From contig NC_058368.1 in assembly GCF_018350175.1 (NCBI RefSeq), forward strand, positions 1,302,001-1,366,000: 64,000 nt of DNA. The letters are read 5' to 3'. Both the position numbers and the translations under genes were made by a program. Below the pieces are notes generated by a model, which worked only from the letters and a program-made list of their open reading frames with translations, had not been told where the DNA came from and searched no databases. This stretch comes from Felis catus. Its lineage: Eukaryota. Of the stretch, positions 38,680-51,382 are shown one piece after another; the stretch's first letter is position 1; each line of letters begins with the position of its first letter.

Positions 38680-39720
38680 CTTTTCTCCCTACATTCTGGG
38701 CCGTGTGAGTCTTCGTTTTAGCAACTATCTCTGACCAGCACCACCCACTCTCTCCACCCCACTATTCTACTTGCTGCAGCTCCTGTGCTAAACTAGCCCA
38801 AAGTTAACCAAATCACGTATCTCATCCTACACACAGGCTACTGAGGATTGTAGGAGAAAACCTTCATATAGTCCTGCAGTTTAATACAACCAAATTAATG
38901 CTTCCCGCAGCCCTTCCTTGTGCAACTTGTCAGATTCCTCTCCATCCTTCTCCCTAAATCTTCACGACTCTCCTCAGGCCAGTGACCACCTGCTTCCCTC
39001 AGCCAGCAGCCACCCTGGCTTCCTACTTCCTCAGCGCTGCCTCTCCAACCTGACCACCAGCCCTGGGGCTGGTGAAAGAGGTGCCCTCTTACCCGCTGGT
39101 GGAGAGTGAGCCTCTGCTCTGCAGTTAGCCCTTCCCTCCTCCAACTCTGCTATCTTTTCCCTCCAACTTTTCTCCCCTAATTTGATCCTCTGTTAAGCCC
39201 GTATCCATCTGTGGGTCACACGGCCTCTTTTCTCCAGTCTTGATCCTCTTGAGAGAGTAATGTGCATTTATTTTGTTCTTGCTCCTAATTTTACTTCTTG
39301 ACCCATTGCAATCTGACTCCTATAACTCTATGGAAACCGCTCTTGCTAAGGTAGCCCATCTTCCACCCAAATCAGTGGAATTTTTGCTGTCCTTAATTTT
39401 TTACCTTCCTCTGGCATTTGACATAGATTGATAATTTGCTTTCCAATGGCATTCCTCTTGTGGTTTGTATCGTAACAATCTCCTGGCACCATTCCTTCTT
39501 CATAGAGTGCTGTCTGTCCTTTCCTCCACATGGCTGGCCCCTACCGTGCAAGACCTAGCTGAAGCGTCACTTCCTCTGCCTTGGCTGAGCTGAGGTCCAC
39601 CTGCTGGATGTGAGCCTGCCCAGCCCCTAGCCCAGTACAGCAATGCTGTCACTCCAGCCTTGCCTTTCTGTTCTTCTGAATCTGCCAGAGTCTTATCTGG
39701 CACATAGACAACACGTGAAT
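38680..39720 (+). mobile_element. LINE-2 fragments
   Basis: Pyrimidine-rich L2 motifs (CCATTGCAATCTGACT, GAAACCGCTCTTGCTAAGG, GGCATTTGACA). Confidence 0.6.
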
Positions 39721-39946
39721 TTTTAGTGACATTTCAAGTAATAGAGAAGTGCGTAAGTAATAAGTGACAGTTCCCCGGTGACACCACCCCCAATCCCACA
39801 TCCCATGCCTTCCCCCAGCTCTTTCTGTAATCTAACATCCATGTTGTATGTGGATGCATCTAATCTTTTTTTTTTTTTAACATAGGATCACAACCTGTGT
39901 ACCATTCTGCCACGCAACATAGTTTTCTTATTAACAGACTGAATTA

Positions 39947-40167
39947 GGGGCGCTTGGGTGGCTTAGTCAGTTAAGTGTCTGACTCTTGGTTTTGGCTCAG
40001 TTCGTGACCTCACGGTTCATGAGTTTGAGCCTTGCATTAGGCTCTGCCAGCTTGAGATTCTCTCTCTCCCCCTCTCTCTGCCCTTCCCCTGCTCACACAT
40101 GCTCATGTTCCCTCTCCCTCTCTCTCTTCAAATAAATAAATGAACATTAAAATTTTTTTTAAAAAAA
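39947..40167 (+). mobile_element. CanSINE
   Basis: TSD AGACTGAAT. Confidence 0.9.
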
Positions 40168-40924
40168 GACTGAATCAACTGAGCCCTAAGGTATGTATTT
40201 CTCATCCATCCAAGTAAATGAATACCCAGATATTTGATGGGTTATTTGTTGTCATTTTCAATAATTACACAAAGAGAATTTTACTGTATTTTCTAGTTAA
40301 GGGTCTCTAGGAATACAGTGTTCATAGTTTTACCTTATGCTGCCATTTTACTGAATACATTTATTACTTCTAGAATATTTTGGTCAATGCCCTTGGATTC
40401 TTTCCATGTAGTCATGTAATGCACAACTAATAAGGAAGCAAACAGGTCTACATATTTTTAAATTATAAAAAAACTCATAGCATTTCTAGAACTCTGAAAA
40501 AATAGAAAAAGTAAGATTATAGATTATATGTGTCATCTTTCTATTTTAAGAGAAATGAGCTACCATTACATATAATGTACCTTCATTTTAAAATATGCCA
40601 ATCAAGAATAGATTTTGAAGTAATAATGGTTGATATAGTAATGATTTTTCTTTCATTAATAAAATAAGTAGTGTTTTGTGTTCCCAGTGTTATATTAACT
40701 TTTCGTTTCTAGAACAAACCAATCTTTTAATGTGTCCTTATGTTCCTTGTATTGCTATTTTATTTTAAGCTTTAAGGAAATTGGTCTGTTTGGAGTACCT
40801 AACAAATCTGAAGATCAAATTATATTTGTCTTGTGAAAGAAATTTTATGCTACGCCTTCTTTTTGTACACTTTGAAACAGGTAATATAGCAGAAGAAATT
40901 TCTTTTCTTTAAAAAATTTATGAA

Positions 40925-41310
40925 ATCCTTGTGGACTGTTGGTTGGGACTGTAAAATGCTGCAACCACTATGGAGAACAATATGGAGGTTCCTGAAAAAA
41001 TTAAAAATAGAATGACCATATGATCCAGCAATCCTACTTCTGGGTATATATCCAAAAGAATTGAAGGCAGGATTTCTGAGAGATATTTGCCCACTCATGT
41101 TCATAGCAGCAGCATTCATAATAGTCAAGGGTAGAGGCAACCCAAATGTCCATTGCTAGGTAAAGAGAAATACACAATGTGACATGTGCCTATAATGGAA
41201 TATTATTTGGTCTTAAGAAGGAATGAAATTCTGACACATGCTACAACATGGGTGCACCAGGAAGACACTCTGCTAAATGAAATAACTAGTCGCAAAAGAG
41301 ACAAATATTG
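40925..41310 (+). mobile_element. LINE-1 ORF2 end / 3' UTR fragment (L1MA/MB-like)
   Basis: CCATATGATCCAGCAATCCTACTTCTGGGTATATATCCAAAAGAATTGAA. Confidence 0.88.
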
Positions 41311-42164
41311 CCTTTTTTAAGACCACTGAAGTGCTGGGATAGGGTAAGCAAGGCCACAAAGCTTTCCTAACCATTCTGAAATTGCCTCTTCAATTGATTC
41401 AGCATTTGCCTGGTTGCTGTAAGCCTCCAGCTCTTTTCTAGAGTTCTGACAAAGCTGATTTTTAACAATTTCTGCTTTTTTTTAAATTTCTATATAAGGA
41501 CAAGAACTTAGAACTACCTATCCACCATTTTGCTATCATTCCAATGTCTTCTGTCTTGATGATCTGTTCTTGGATGATCTATGCTTTTATCTTTGTCTTG
41601 CACACCCTTTCCCTGTCTACTTGGAAAATTACATTCATCCTCTAAGATCTTGACTGAATATCACCTTCTGTGTGAAACCTCTCAATGATCACATTTTGTT
41701 TGTGGGTGCTCGCTAATGGTTTCATGCACACATGCTATTACATCAAGTATAACTGTTTATTTAACATATGTGTTTTCCACTGGATGGTGAACCCCTTGAA
41801 ACTCATGATGGTGTTTTGCTTACATTCCCCCTCATAACCCTTAAGCTCAGAGCCTGGCACAGAGTGGGCATCCAAAAGTGGCACATAGAACAGTTCATAT
41901 TAAGGGGACACTCAAGAACAGGTGAACAGGAGTTTTCCCTGACATCATGAGAAGACTGATCTTGCAAGAGTATGGAAGTGGGTACACGTGGAGAACAAGA
42001 CAAAGGAGGGATAGTAGAAGACAAGGGGTAGTTTGAGTATCTTCAAATTCTATAGGTCATGTACAGCACCTGTCATTTTCTCAGAAAATTATCCATTAGT
42101 TAAGCTCTCAATGGAACCCTCAAGGGTAATGGAAAGGAGTGGAAATAAGCAGCAAATAAAATGT

Positions 42165-42363
42165 TAATGTTTATTTTATTTATTTTTTTGAGTGAGCATA
42201 TGCACGAGCTGGGGAGGGGCAGAGGGAGAGGGAGAGAGAGAATCCCAAGCAGGCTCCACACCCTGCCTGAGCCTAAGGGGGCTCGATCTCACAACCATGA
42301 GATCATGACCTGAGCTGAAATCAAGAGTCAAATGCTTAACTGACTGAGCCACTCAGGTGCCCC
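42165..42363 (-). mobile_element. CanSINE
   Basis: SINE body, reverse complement. Confidence 0.9.
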
Positions 42364-42469
42364 TTTAATTTTTTTTTTTTAATGTAAGGTGCATTACATT
42401 AAAAAAAGTTTGTCAAGAGTTGTTGATTGGCAGGACATTTCATTCACCCAATTCTGTTTTTTTTTTTTA

Positions 42470-42673
42470 AGTTTAAACAAAAATGCTTTTTGTTTATTTT
42501 TGAGAGACAGAGACAGAGCACGAGCAGGGGAGAAGCAGAGAGAGAGGGAGACATAGAGTCCCAAGCTCTGAGCTCTCAACACAGAGTCTGATGCTGGGCT
42601 CGAAACCATGAACTGTTAGATCATGACCTGAGCTGAAGTCGAATGTTTAACCGACTGAGCCACCCAGGCGCCC
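42470..42673 (-). mobile_element. Felid CanSINE
   Basis: SINE body, reverse complement. Confidence 0.9.
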
Positions 42674-42979
42674 CCACCTAATTAATTCTTATTCAACATA
42701 TATTTTTTTCCTCAAATAGGTAAATGGAAGTCTTAGGCTTTTCTTTTTTTAATGAATAGTTTACTGCTTCTCCCAGTTGAAAGCTGGGCTAATCCACTTT
42801 GGTGTTGGAGAACTCGTCCATCTTTTTGGTGGCCAACAAGTAGCCTCTAACGCTTGAGAGTGGGGAACGGCTAGCAAAGATGGTCTTTGTACTAACAGAG
42901 AGTGGAGTGGTGGCTACGAGGGTTTGGGGAGGAGTGCGTGCAGTGAGCTGTCCTTTAATGGACATACAATTTCAGTTGT

Positions 42980-43190
42980 GGGGCGTCTGGGTGGCTAAGT
43001 CGGTTAGGCGTCCGACTTCGGCTCAGGTCATGATCTCATGGTTGGTGGGTTTGAGCCCCACGTCAGGCTCTGTGCTGACAGCTCAGAGCCTGGAGCCTGC
43101 TTCCAATTCTTTGTCTCCCCTTCTCTCTGCACCTCCCCTGCTCATGCTCTGTCTCTCAATAATAAATAAACGTTAAACAAATTTTTTTAA
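42980..43190 (+). mobile_element. Felid CanSINE inside an L1 3' fragment (about 42895-43245)
   Basis: SINE head and tail; L1 3' UTR motifs on both sides. Confidence 0.9.
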
Positions 43191-43874
43191 TTGTTAAGAT
43201 GATAACTTTTGTGTGTGTGTGTGTGTTTACCACAATTTAAAAAAACAAAAACAAGAAATTCTTCCATGAGGCCACTGGGATTAAGTACCCTTTGGTTTTA
43301 ACCATTGGTTCTTGGGAATCAAATCTATTACTTTATCTTTCTCGTACACTTTCTTCATCTGTTAGTTAATTTAACCTCTGAGACAAGAATGTCAGGGCTA
43401 AATGGGTAACACACACGCAGACACGCACACGTGTGTGCCCCCTAAGAGGAGGAAGGAACCAGCTCGCAGACTTTGGCACCTGAACCCCTTAATTTTAGAC
43501 AAGAAAGCCAAGTGACGGGCAAAGTTCTGCCACCCTTGTGGCACGAGCTTGTGGCAGATTTGAGACTCCAACCCAGGGGTCTGTCCTTGCTCAGTGGATC
43601 CTCAGGAGCTATTGAGATCTGATGATATAATGGTGGAATCCGCAATTAGTCTTAGCTCTACATCATTCTATGTACCTGTAGTTTGTGTTACGTATTTTGT
43701 TGTGCTTCATCTAGTTACTGTAACTCGCTGCCCTTCAGTTTCTGTAAAACTGAGATAGCAGTTCCTGACTTCATTGGGTGGTTTTGAAGGTTAAATGAAA
43801 TCATATTCAAAACACAGTGTTTGAACTTGAATAAGTATTTAATAAATGTCAATTAGTAGTATCATTATTATTAT

Positions 43875-44093
43875 TATTAAAAAAATTTTTTTAACATTTG
43901 TTTATTTTCAAGAGACAGAGAGAGAGTGTGAGCAGGGGAGGGGCAGAGAGAGAGGGAGACACAGAATCCGAAGCGGGCTCCAGGCTCCGAGCTGTCAGCA
44001 CAGAGCCCGACACGAGGCTCGAACCCACCAACCCTGAGATCATGACCTGAGCCGAAGCTGAATGCTCAACCGACTTAGCCACCCAGGTACCCC
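43875..44093 (-). mobile_element. Felid CanSINE between MIR fragments
   Basis: TSD TCATTATTATTATT/TCATAATTATTATT. Confidence 0.93.
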
Positions 44094-45047
44094 TCATAAT
44101 TATTATTTTAAATGTGTCATTAAGAGGTACTATTGTGTAAGGTATTATAAATTGCTTTACATACATTCTCATTTAATCCTCACCACACGTGGGTTATTCC
44201 GTTCTTATAACTGAGGAAACTGAGGCCCAGAGAGGTTAATATCTTACTCTGGGAACACAGCAAGCAAGCCGATGGCGTTCTACTCCACAATGGTGAGATC
44301 TCGTTGAACTTTCTTTCTTTGTTGTGTCCCTTGGGCGTCCTCTTTTTCTAAGAAATGTCACTCATGTTTAGGCCTGTGCGCTGCCCTTCAGCTGGTCTGT
44401 GCTGGCATTTGACATTTTCCCAGTCTTGTTTCTGGGCACATCAGGACTTACACTGTATTTATAATTCTTTGTTCTTATCTTTTTAATTTAATATGAGCAT
44501 ATTTTTACGTATAGTATGAGCATTTTTTTGTATTGTGAAATATTTTTAAAATCTAATTCTTAGTGGCTAAGTGGTGTTTGATTTTATAACTCTGGCAACA
44601 TTTGTTTCGCCATTCCCCTAACTTTAGGCATACCGAATGTTCTCCATATCTCACTATTATGCATAACTGCAGTGGTTTCCTGGTCCAGACACATCTATGC
44701 ACATCTCTGATTGTTTCTCCAGTGTAGAAATTCAAAAGCAGATTTTCCAGGTCAAAAGAGATGACTATATAAGACTTTTTGTTACATGTTGAGGAATTTT
44801 TATTTCATGAAGGCCTCACTAACCCATTTGAGATTTACAGTTTTTAAAAATCTTTGCCAAGCTAAATGCCATGATAACTCATTGTCACTTGCCTTTCTTT
44901 TATTTCCGTGGGTTACACTATTTTTCTTCCGTATTTTATTGGCCACTTGCCTTGTTCTTTTGCAAATTGCAGTTGATAGCCTTTGCCTGTTTGTAAATCT
45001 GGAAATCTGGGTGTGAGATTTTATAAATTAAGAGCATCAACACTTTG

Positions 45048-45048
<1 letters not shown>

Positions 45049-45096
<48 letters not shown>
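45049..45096. repeat. (TA)n microsatellite within an old antisense L1
   Basis: Directly visible. Confidence 0.97.
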
Positions 45097-45101
<5 letters not shown>

Positions 45102-45254
45102 CTGGCTGTCATTTTTTGGTAGTTTTTCCACCCATTTTATTTAATATTATAAATATGTCTAACACTCCCAATCGTTTTTTATATTAACCTTTATAATAGC
45201 TATTCTTTTCATCTTTTCTTTCAAGTAGTTTCTGGGCTGAACTTGAAGGTTTGC

Positions 45255-45365
45255 TGTAAGTTCAGAATGAATTGGCCAGGGCGTAGTAGGGTAGGATATT
45301 TTTTTTTTTAGAAGATCGCCAAGTGATTCTAGCACACAGCCCAGGCTGAGAATCACGGCTTTCAA
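45255..45365. mobile_element. MER5-family fragment
   Basis: AAGTGATTCT..CACAGCCCAGGCTGAGAATCAC terminus. Confidence 0.55.
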
Positions 45366-45716
45366 CCACACTATGGATGATCTTAGCCAACTGACATATT
45401 TTTCTGCTTTTAACATCCATATATTTTAACCCAACTATTTTACATTTATGCATGTCTTTAAGTTTAGCTGTTGTATCCCAAATATCAGGACACTTCCCTT
45501 TGGCTGTGGTCACTTAAGACATCCAATGTGATTTGTGTTTCCACTATGCCTTTCTGTAACTTACTAGGTGATTTTACTGTCCTTTCCTTCATAAAACTGT
45601 CCTAATTTGCCTCATAAGTGTAGCATCTACTCTTCGATCTTTGTTGCTTTTTGCAGCTGTAGGATTTTGTGGAGAAATCATATTAGGGTCTCTGCCTTAA
45701 AATTGTTCTCTACTGG

Positions 45717-45907
45717 GGGCACCTGGGTGGCTAAGTCCGTTGAGCAGAGTGGTTGAGACTTCGGCTCAGGTCATGATCTCATGGTTCATGAGTTTGAGCC
45801 CTGCGTTGAGCCGTCTTCAGATCCTGTTCCCCTCTGCACCTCCCCCGCTTGCACGTGCGCTCTCGCTTTCAAAAATAAATATTAAAAAAATATAAATAAA
45901 TAAAAAT
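45717..45907 (+). mobile_element. CanSINE, short variant
   Basis: SINE head, shortened middle, tail. Confidence 0.88.
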
Positions 45908-47616
45908 TTTCTATTCTGACTTAAAAGAAAAACCCAGCCTGACGATGTTTGCAGGGATGTTTCCCAAAGGCAAGGTCTGAGATCACTCCTACTGTGGTAT
46001 CTCGCTGGCTTGTAAGAGCCTGTCTTTCTCTTTATAGTTAAAAAAGCTGACAGTGAGGTATTTGTAGATTCTCGGGGGATGTTTCTGCGGGAAAATTCTG
46101 TCTCTTTAAAAATCTTTGCTGTAAGGCTTTCAGTTGGGGAAAATAGTTTTGAATTATTAAGCTAGCTTTCTTATCTTTGGCCTTTTTAAGTTCCTCTTAT
46201 TTTCCATTATTATGGTCCCTGATTCTGTCTCAGCGGCACTGTTTATCGTATGTTTGAGTGTATCACTGTGATTCAGTTGCCTGAAATCGCGAACTTTCTA
46301 TATATCTGGTGCCTTCTGCTACAGCTTGTTCCTCGCTCATACTTCTTTGGATGGTTTCAATACCTTTATGAAGTTACTGGTTGGACTTTTTTTTTTTTCT
46401 CATTTCAAGTTTAAAGGACATTTTAAGCACGGGCACTTTGTTTTAAAGTTTTAACTTTGGAAAATATTTCTGTGACAGAAATAATACATGCATATGTGCT
46501 AAAAATGAAACAATCCTTTACACAAATAAAATGAAATGTAAATGTGTCTTATAATCTCAATCCCCCAAAGACCAAACCATACTTAACTGGTACTCTATAG
46601 TCTTCCAGAATTTTATTCTATAGTTATAAAAATCTATTCTTTTATTACTTGTTTTTTTTGTTTGTTTGTTTTTTGTTTGTTTTTAATACTGGAGTCATAC
46701 CATACATGCTATGCTTAACCATAACTTGCTTGGTCGCACACTAGATTGTTGTCATATTCTCATTCTTTTTATTGCTGGACAATTTGTTGTTCTTTGGATG
46801 TGCCATACATTTTTGGAAATAATTCCTTGTTAATAAGCATTTAAGTTGCTTCTGTCTTTTCCCATTATAAATAATGCATTGGTAGCTATCCGGACACACT
46901 CATGCAAACATGTATATCCTTCCACAGCTTTGCAAGAGTTTTATATTTTTGAAGGATAAATGCCTAAAAGTAGAAATATTGAGGAGTATTTTCTGGTTCT
47001 TCTAAGTGGAAGTACTCATTTCTATTTCCTCAGGTTCTCCTCTAAACTGATTATTAGCTCTTTTTCTCAGAATTTCCTTTAACCTGGTTATTATTATTAG
47101 CTTTTAAATCTAAGCAATATTTTGTTTTAATTTGCATTTTTTGAACTCTAAGAAGATTGACCCTTTTCCAAATGTTTATCTACCATCTGTGCTGTCTATT
47201 TGTTTCTTTCTTTATGATTTTCATTCTTTTCTTTTTATTTGTGGAATCCCTTTATGTATTAAAAATACTAACTGACATATATGGGATGCACTGTTTCACT
47301 TCACCCCAAGTGCATTTTGAGTTAATATAGGTTGTTTTTTTTTTCCATCTTATGTTTTTAACTTTAATACAGTCAAATTTACTTTACCTTCATGGGATTT
47401 TGGCCTAGATCAAAGCTAACAAAGCTATTTAAACCCCAAAGTCACAAAAACATATTCTTGTTTTTTACTAATATAATTTATATATATATAAAAGTTTATA
47501 ATTTTGTTTTTCACTGTTTTATGTTTGGAGCATTAATGCATCTATAATTTCTTTTAATAGATGATTTGTGTTGAAAGTCAGGCTTCATTCTTCTTCCAAA
47601 TGGATAGTCAGTCATT

Positions 47617-47750
47617 CTTTTTTTTTTTTTTAATATTTATTTACCTATTTTTGAGAGAGAGAGAGCACAAGTGGGAAAAGGCAGAGAAAGAGAGGCAGAC
47701 ACCAAATCCAAAGCAAGCTCCAGGCTCCGAACTGTTAGCACAGAACCCCA
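47617..47750 (-). mobile_element. CanSINE 3' half only
   Basis: Similarity stops abruptly at ..GCACAGAACCCC. Confidence 0.85.
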
Positions 47751-48009
47751 GGAGACTAATTCAGAGAATATTTGTATATTTAGTGTTTGTAGATGACATC
47801 CAACAATTTTCCAAAATGGTTGTACCAATTTACTCTTCCAGCAGCCATGTTTGAAAGTTCTTATTGCTTTTCCATCCTGGTAAGTCAGCTGTTTCCTGCT
47901 TTAACCTCTCTGTTGGGCATCAAGTAATATCTCACTGGTGTTAATTTACATTTACTGGTTTCCTCGTACCATTGAGTTCTTTCACAAAAGTTTATGGCCA
48001 CTTTCTTTC

Positions 48010-48238
48010 TTTTTTTTTTTTTTAATTTTTTTTTTCAACGTTTATTTATTTTTGGGACAGAAAGAGACAGAGCATGAACGGGGGAGGGGCAGAGAGAGAG
48101 GGAGACACAGAATCTGAAACAGGCTCCAGGCTCTGAGCCATCAGCCCAGAGCCCGACGCGGGGCTCGAACTCCCGGACTGCGAGATCGTGACCTGGCTGA
48201 AGTCGGACGCTTAACCGACTGCGCCACCCAGGCGCCCC
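48010..48238 (-). mobile_element. Young felid CanSINE
   Basis: Near-identical to 16343-16560 and 28876-29111. Confidence 0.96.
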
Positions 48239-48430
48239 ATTTTCTTGACGTACCTCTTCAAGTTTCTTGTCCATTTTTTAATGGGGTTTTGTTATTTTTC
48301 TTATTTTATTATAGGAGTTCTGGATAGGAGTTCTTTGTAAGTAATTGGTATGACAGATATCTTCTCCCACTCTGTGGTTGGTTTTTTCACTTTCTTAATG
48401 GTGTCTTTTGATGAACCAAAGTTCATCAAA

Positions 48431-48643
48431 GTTTATTTATTTATTTTGAGGGAGACAGGGAGAGCACACATGTGAGTAGGGAAGGGGCAGAGAGAGAGAA
48501 AGAGAGGGAAAGAGAATCCCAAGCAGGCTCCACACTGTCAGTGCAGAGCCCAATGCAGGGCTTGATCCCACGAACTGGGAGATCATGACCTGAGCCGATA
48601 TCAAGAGTCTGATGCTTAACTGACTGAGCCACCCAGGCACCCC
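48431..48643 (-). mobile_element. Older CanSINE
   Basis: TSD-like TGATGAAC..AAGT on both sides. Confidence 0.9.
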
Positions 48644-48750
48644 TGATGAACTGAAGTCTTAATATAAAGCTTAAATTAAGTAAGTTACTTAAATTGGGTA
48701 ACTTAAGTGTTAATTAAATAGTAAAATGAGTATTAAAATAGTCCAATTTA

Positions 48751-48924
48751 GGGGCGCCTGGATGGCTCAGTGGGTTAGGCGTCTGACTTTAGCTCAGGTC
48801 ACGATCTCGCGGTTAGCCTGGAGCCTGCTTCCGAGTCTGTCTCCCGCTCTCTCTGCCCCTCCCCTGTTCATGCTCTGTCTCTCTCTGTCTCAAAAATAAA
48901 TAAACGTTTAAAAAAAAATTAAAA
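48751..48924 (+). mobile_element. Felid CanSINE lacking the B-box segment
   Basis: CTCGCGGTT joins directly to AGCCTGGAG; perfect 16-bp TSD AAAATAGTCCAATTTA. Confidence 0.93.
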
Positions 48925-49000
48925 AAAATAGTCCAATTTACCACTTTTTCTTTTGTGGTTAATACTTTTTGTGTACACTTGCCTTTCACATTTAGAACTA

Positions 49001-49433
49001 TGAACATTCCCCACCTTATAACAGTTTGTGATTTTTTGACTTTACGATGGTGCAAAAATGATATGCATTTAGTGAAAACAGTACTTTGAATTGTAATCTT
49101 TTCCCAGGCTAGAGATAGGTATGATACTCTCTCATAATGTTGGGCAGTGGCTGAAGCTTCCAGTCAGCTATGTGATCACGAGGGTCAACAACAACTCACA
49201 CACTTAGAACCATTTTGTACCCATGCAACCATTCTATTTCTTATTATAAAATAGGCTTTGTGATTTTGCCCAACTTCAGGCTACTGTAAGTGTTCTGAGC
49301 ACATTTAAGGTAGGCTAGGATAAGCTGTGATGTTTGGTAGGTTAGGTGTATTAAATGCATTTTGATTTATAATATTTTCAAATTATGATGGGTTTATTAG
49401 GACATAACCTCATTGTAAGTTGAGGAAGATCTG
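49001..49433 (-). mobile_element. MER47/Tigger5-family TcMar DNA transposon
   Basis: Minus strand begins CAGATCTTCCTCAACTTACAATGAGGTTATGTCCTAATAAACCCATC; TA flanks on both sides. Confidence 0.88.
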
Positions 49434-49499
49434 TAAAAGTAAACTAGAATGATTTTTGCTTATGGTGCAAAGTAACAGTCAAGGTTCATCATTTTCCAT

Positions 49500-50125
49500 C
49501 TGATCCTGGACTTTTGTTCGTTGGGAGATTACCCTTACTAGTACTCAGTCTATTCAGATTTTCTCTTTGGTGGGTTGTATATTTCTAGGAATTTATACAT
49601 TTCTTCTAGGCTTTCTGGTTAGTTGGCATATAATTGTTTGTAAATGGCCTCTTATGATCCTTTGTATTTCTGTGGTCTCAGTCATAAAGTCTCCTCTTTC
49701 ATTTCTGATTTTATTTATTCAAGTCCTCTCTCTTTTTTTCTTGGTTAGTCTAGGTAAGGGTTTGTTGATTTTGTTTATCTTTTCAAAGAACAACTCTTAG
49801 TTTCATTGATTTTTTTCTATTGTCTTTTAGTCTCTATTTCATTTATTTCTACCTGATCTTTATTATTTCCTTCCTTTTACCAACCTTTGACTTTGTTCTT
49901 ATTTGTCTAGTTTCTTTATGTATAAAGTGAGATTGTTTATTTGAGATTTTTCTTATTTCATGAGGTAAGCCTGTGTTGCTATGAATGTCCCTCATAGAAC
50001 AACTTTTGCTGCATCCCATAGATTTTGGCATGTCATATTTCTGTTTTCATTTGTGTCTAGGTAGTTTTTGTTTCATCTTTGATTTCTTTCATGATTTATT
50101 GGTTGTTCAGTAGCATGTTGTTTGA
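49500..50125 (-). mobile_element. LINE-1 ORF2 internal fragment
   Basis: Antisense ORF2 motifs (TTTGCTGCATCCCATAGATTTTGG, ATCTTTTCAAAGAAC). Confidence 0.88.
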
Positions 50126-50164
50126 GAGGTGTTTATATATATTTTATCATACAGTAAGTTTGAT

Positions 50165-50304
50165 CTATACAAACTTCTATATAGTTGTATAGTTGTATAC
50201 AAACTATACAACTATAGTTGTATAGTTGTATAGTTGGTATACAAACTATACAACTATAGTTGTATAGTTGTATAGTTGGTATACCAACTATACAAACTTC
50301 TATA
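50165..50304. repeat. Palindromic micro-repeat cluster of TATAGTTG/CAACTATA units
   Basis: 17-bp direct-repeat flanks, 42-bp tandem duplication, perfect palindromes of 26-28 bp. Confidence 0.92.
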
Positions 50305-51183
50305 CAGTTCTTGAATTTTAGTACATGAAAAATATTTGTGTAATCACCACCACAAGCAGAATATAAAGCAGTTCCAGCACCCCAGTAAATTTCCTTGTGT
50401 TATATCCCCTTATACTCACCTTTTCCTTAACTCTCAGCAATTATTCATCTGCTCTCCATTACTATAGGTTTTGTCTGTATGTAAATGTCACACAATGCAA
50501 GAGAGAAAAGCTTTTTTCTGAAGTTTTTGCAGGGTCTGGACTTTGCACTTCTCTAACAAATCATCTGATTTTATCTTAATCCTATTTTCCTTTAAAACTC
50601 AGGTGAAATGTCATTTCTCTGGAGTGTCCCTTGACCTCTGCTTATTTTCATTAAGTTAATTTATACGCCTTTTCTAGGTTTCCATAACATCTTGTGCATA
50701 CTTCTAATCCAGAAATTTTAATCTCCTGTCTTAGTCTCTAAACTGCTTAGGGGGGCCAGGTATTATACTTTACTCAAATTTTTTCCCAATTGCCTATCAT
50801 AATATATACATACATATACAAATATACATATATAATTAGTGATAAATTATTAAAATTTAACGAGTAAATAAATAATTAAAAGAGATGCTAAAGAGGGTAA
50901 CATTGAGGCTCCTAACCTTGGGTGTCTCAGTACTGAAATTAAGAAAAAATAAAATCAACAGCATGTGGTAACTTGGAAATACAAGAATTTGAGAATGTTT
51001 CCCAGAAAAAAAAAATCACAAATAGAAAGTTGTGCTCAGATTTCATTATTTATTAGCTATTTGAACTCCACACACATATTCAGGTAGTCTAGTACAAATA
51101 TTCTAATAAATATTCTTGTACTTGATAGCCAGTTATGGCAGTAACCAATCGTGGTTGGGTTAGGGGAGGTTGTATTTCCAAGG

Positions 51184-51382
51184 CCAGTGGTTTTCAAACT
51201 ATTCCCCATCTTTATGGTTTTGAAGAGGGATTTTGGAATCACCTCCAAGGTCAGTATCTGGGTAACGGAGCTCCAGACCCCTGACCCCAGTTTTAATCAG
51301 AGTTCTGCCGTTGTTTCCATTTCAAGGAAGAGTTCTACTGCTTAAAAAAACAAAACACAAAAAAACTTGGAGCACCGCTGCC
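51184..51382. mobile_element. Old hAT-type DNA transposon (MER103-like)
   Basis: Terminal inverted ends CAGTGGTTTTCAAACT ... ACTTGGAGCACCGCTG. Confidence 0.55.

Noticed and set aside
50165..50304. CRISPR-like palindromic repeats
   Set aside because: No unique spacers, no cas genes, and mammalian context.
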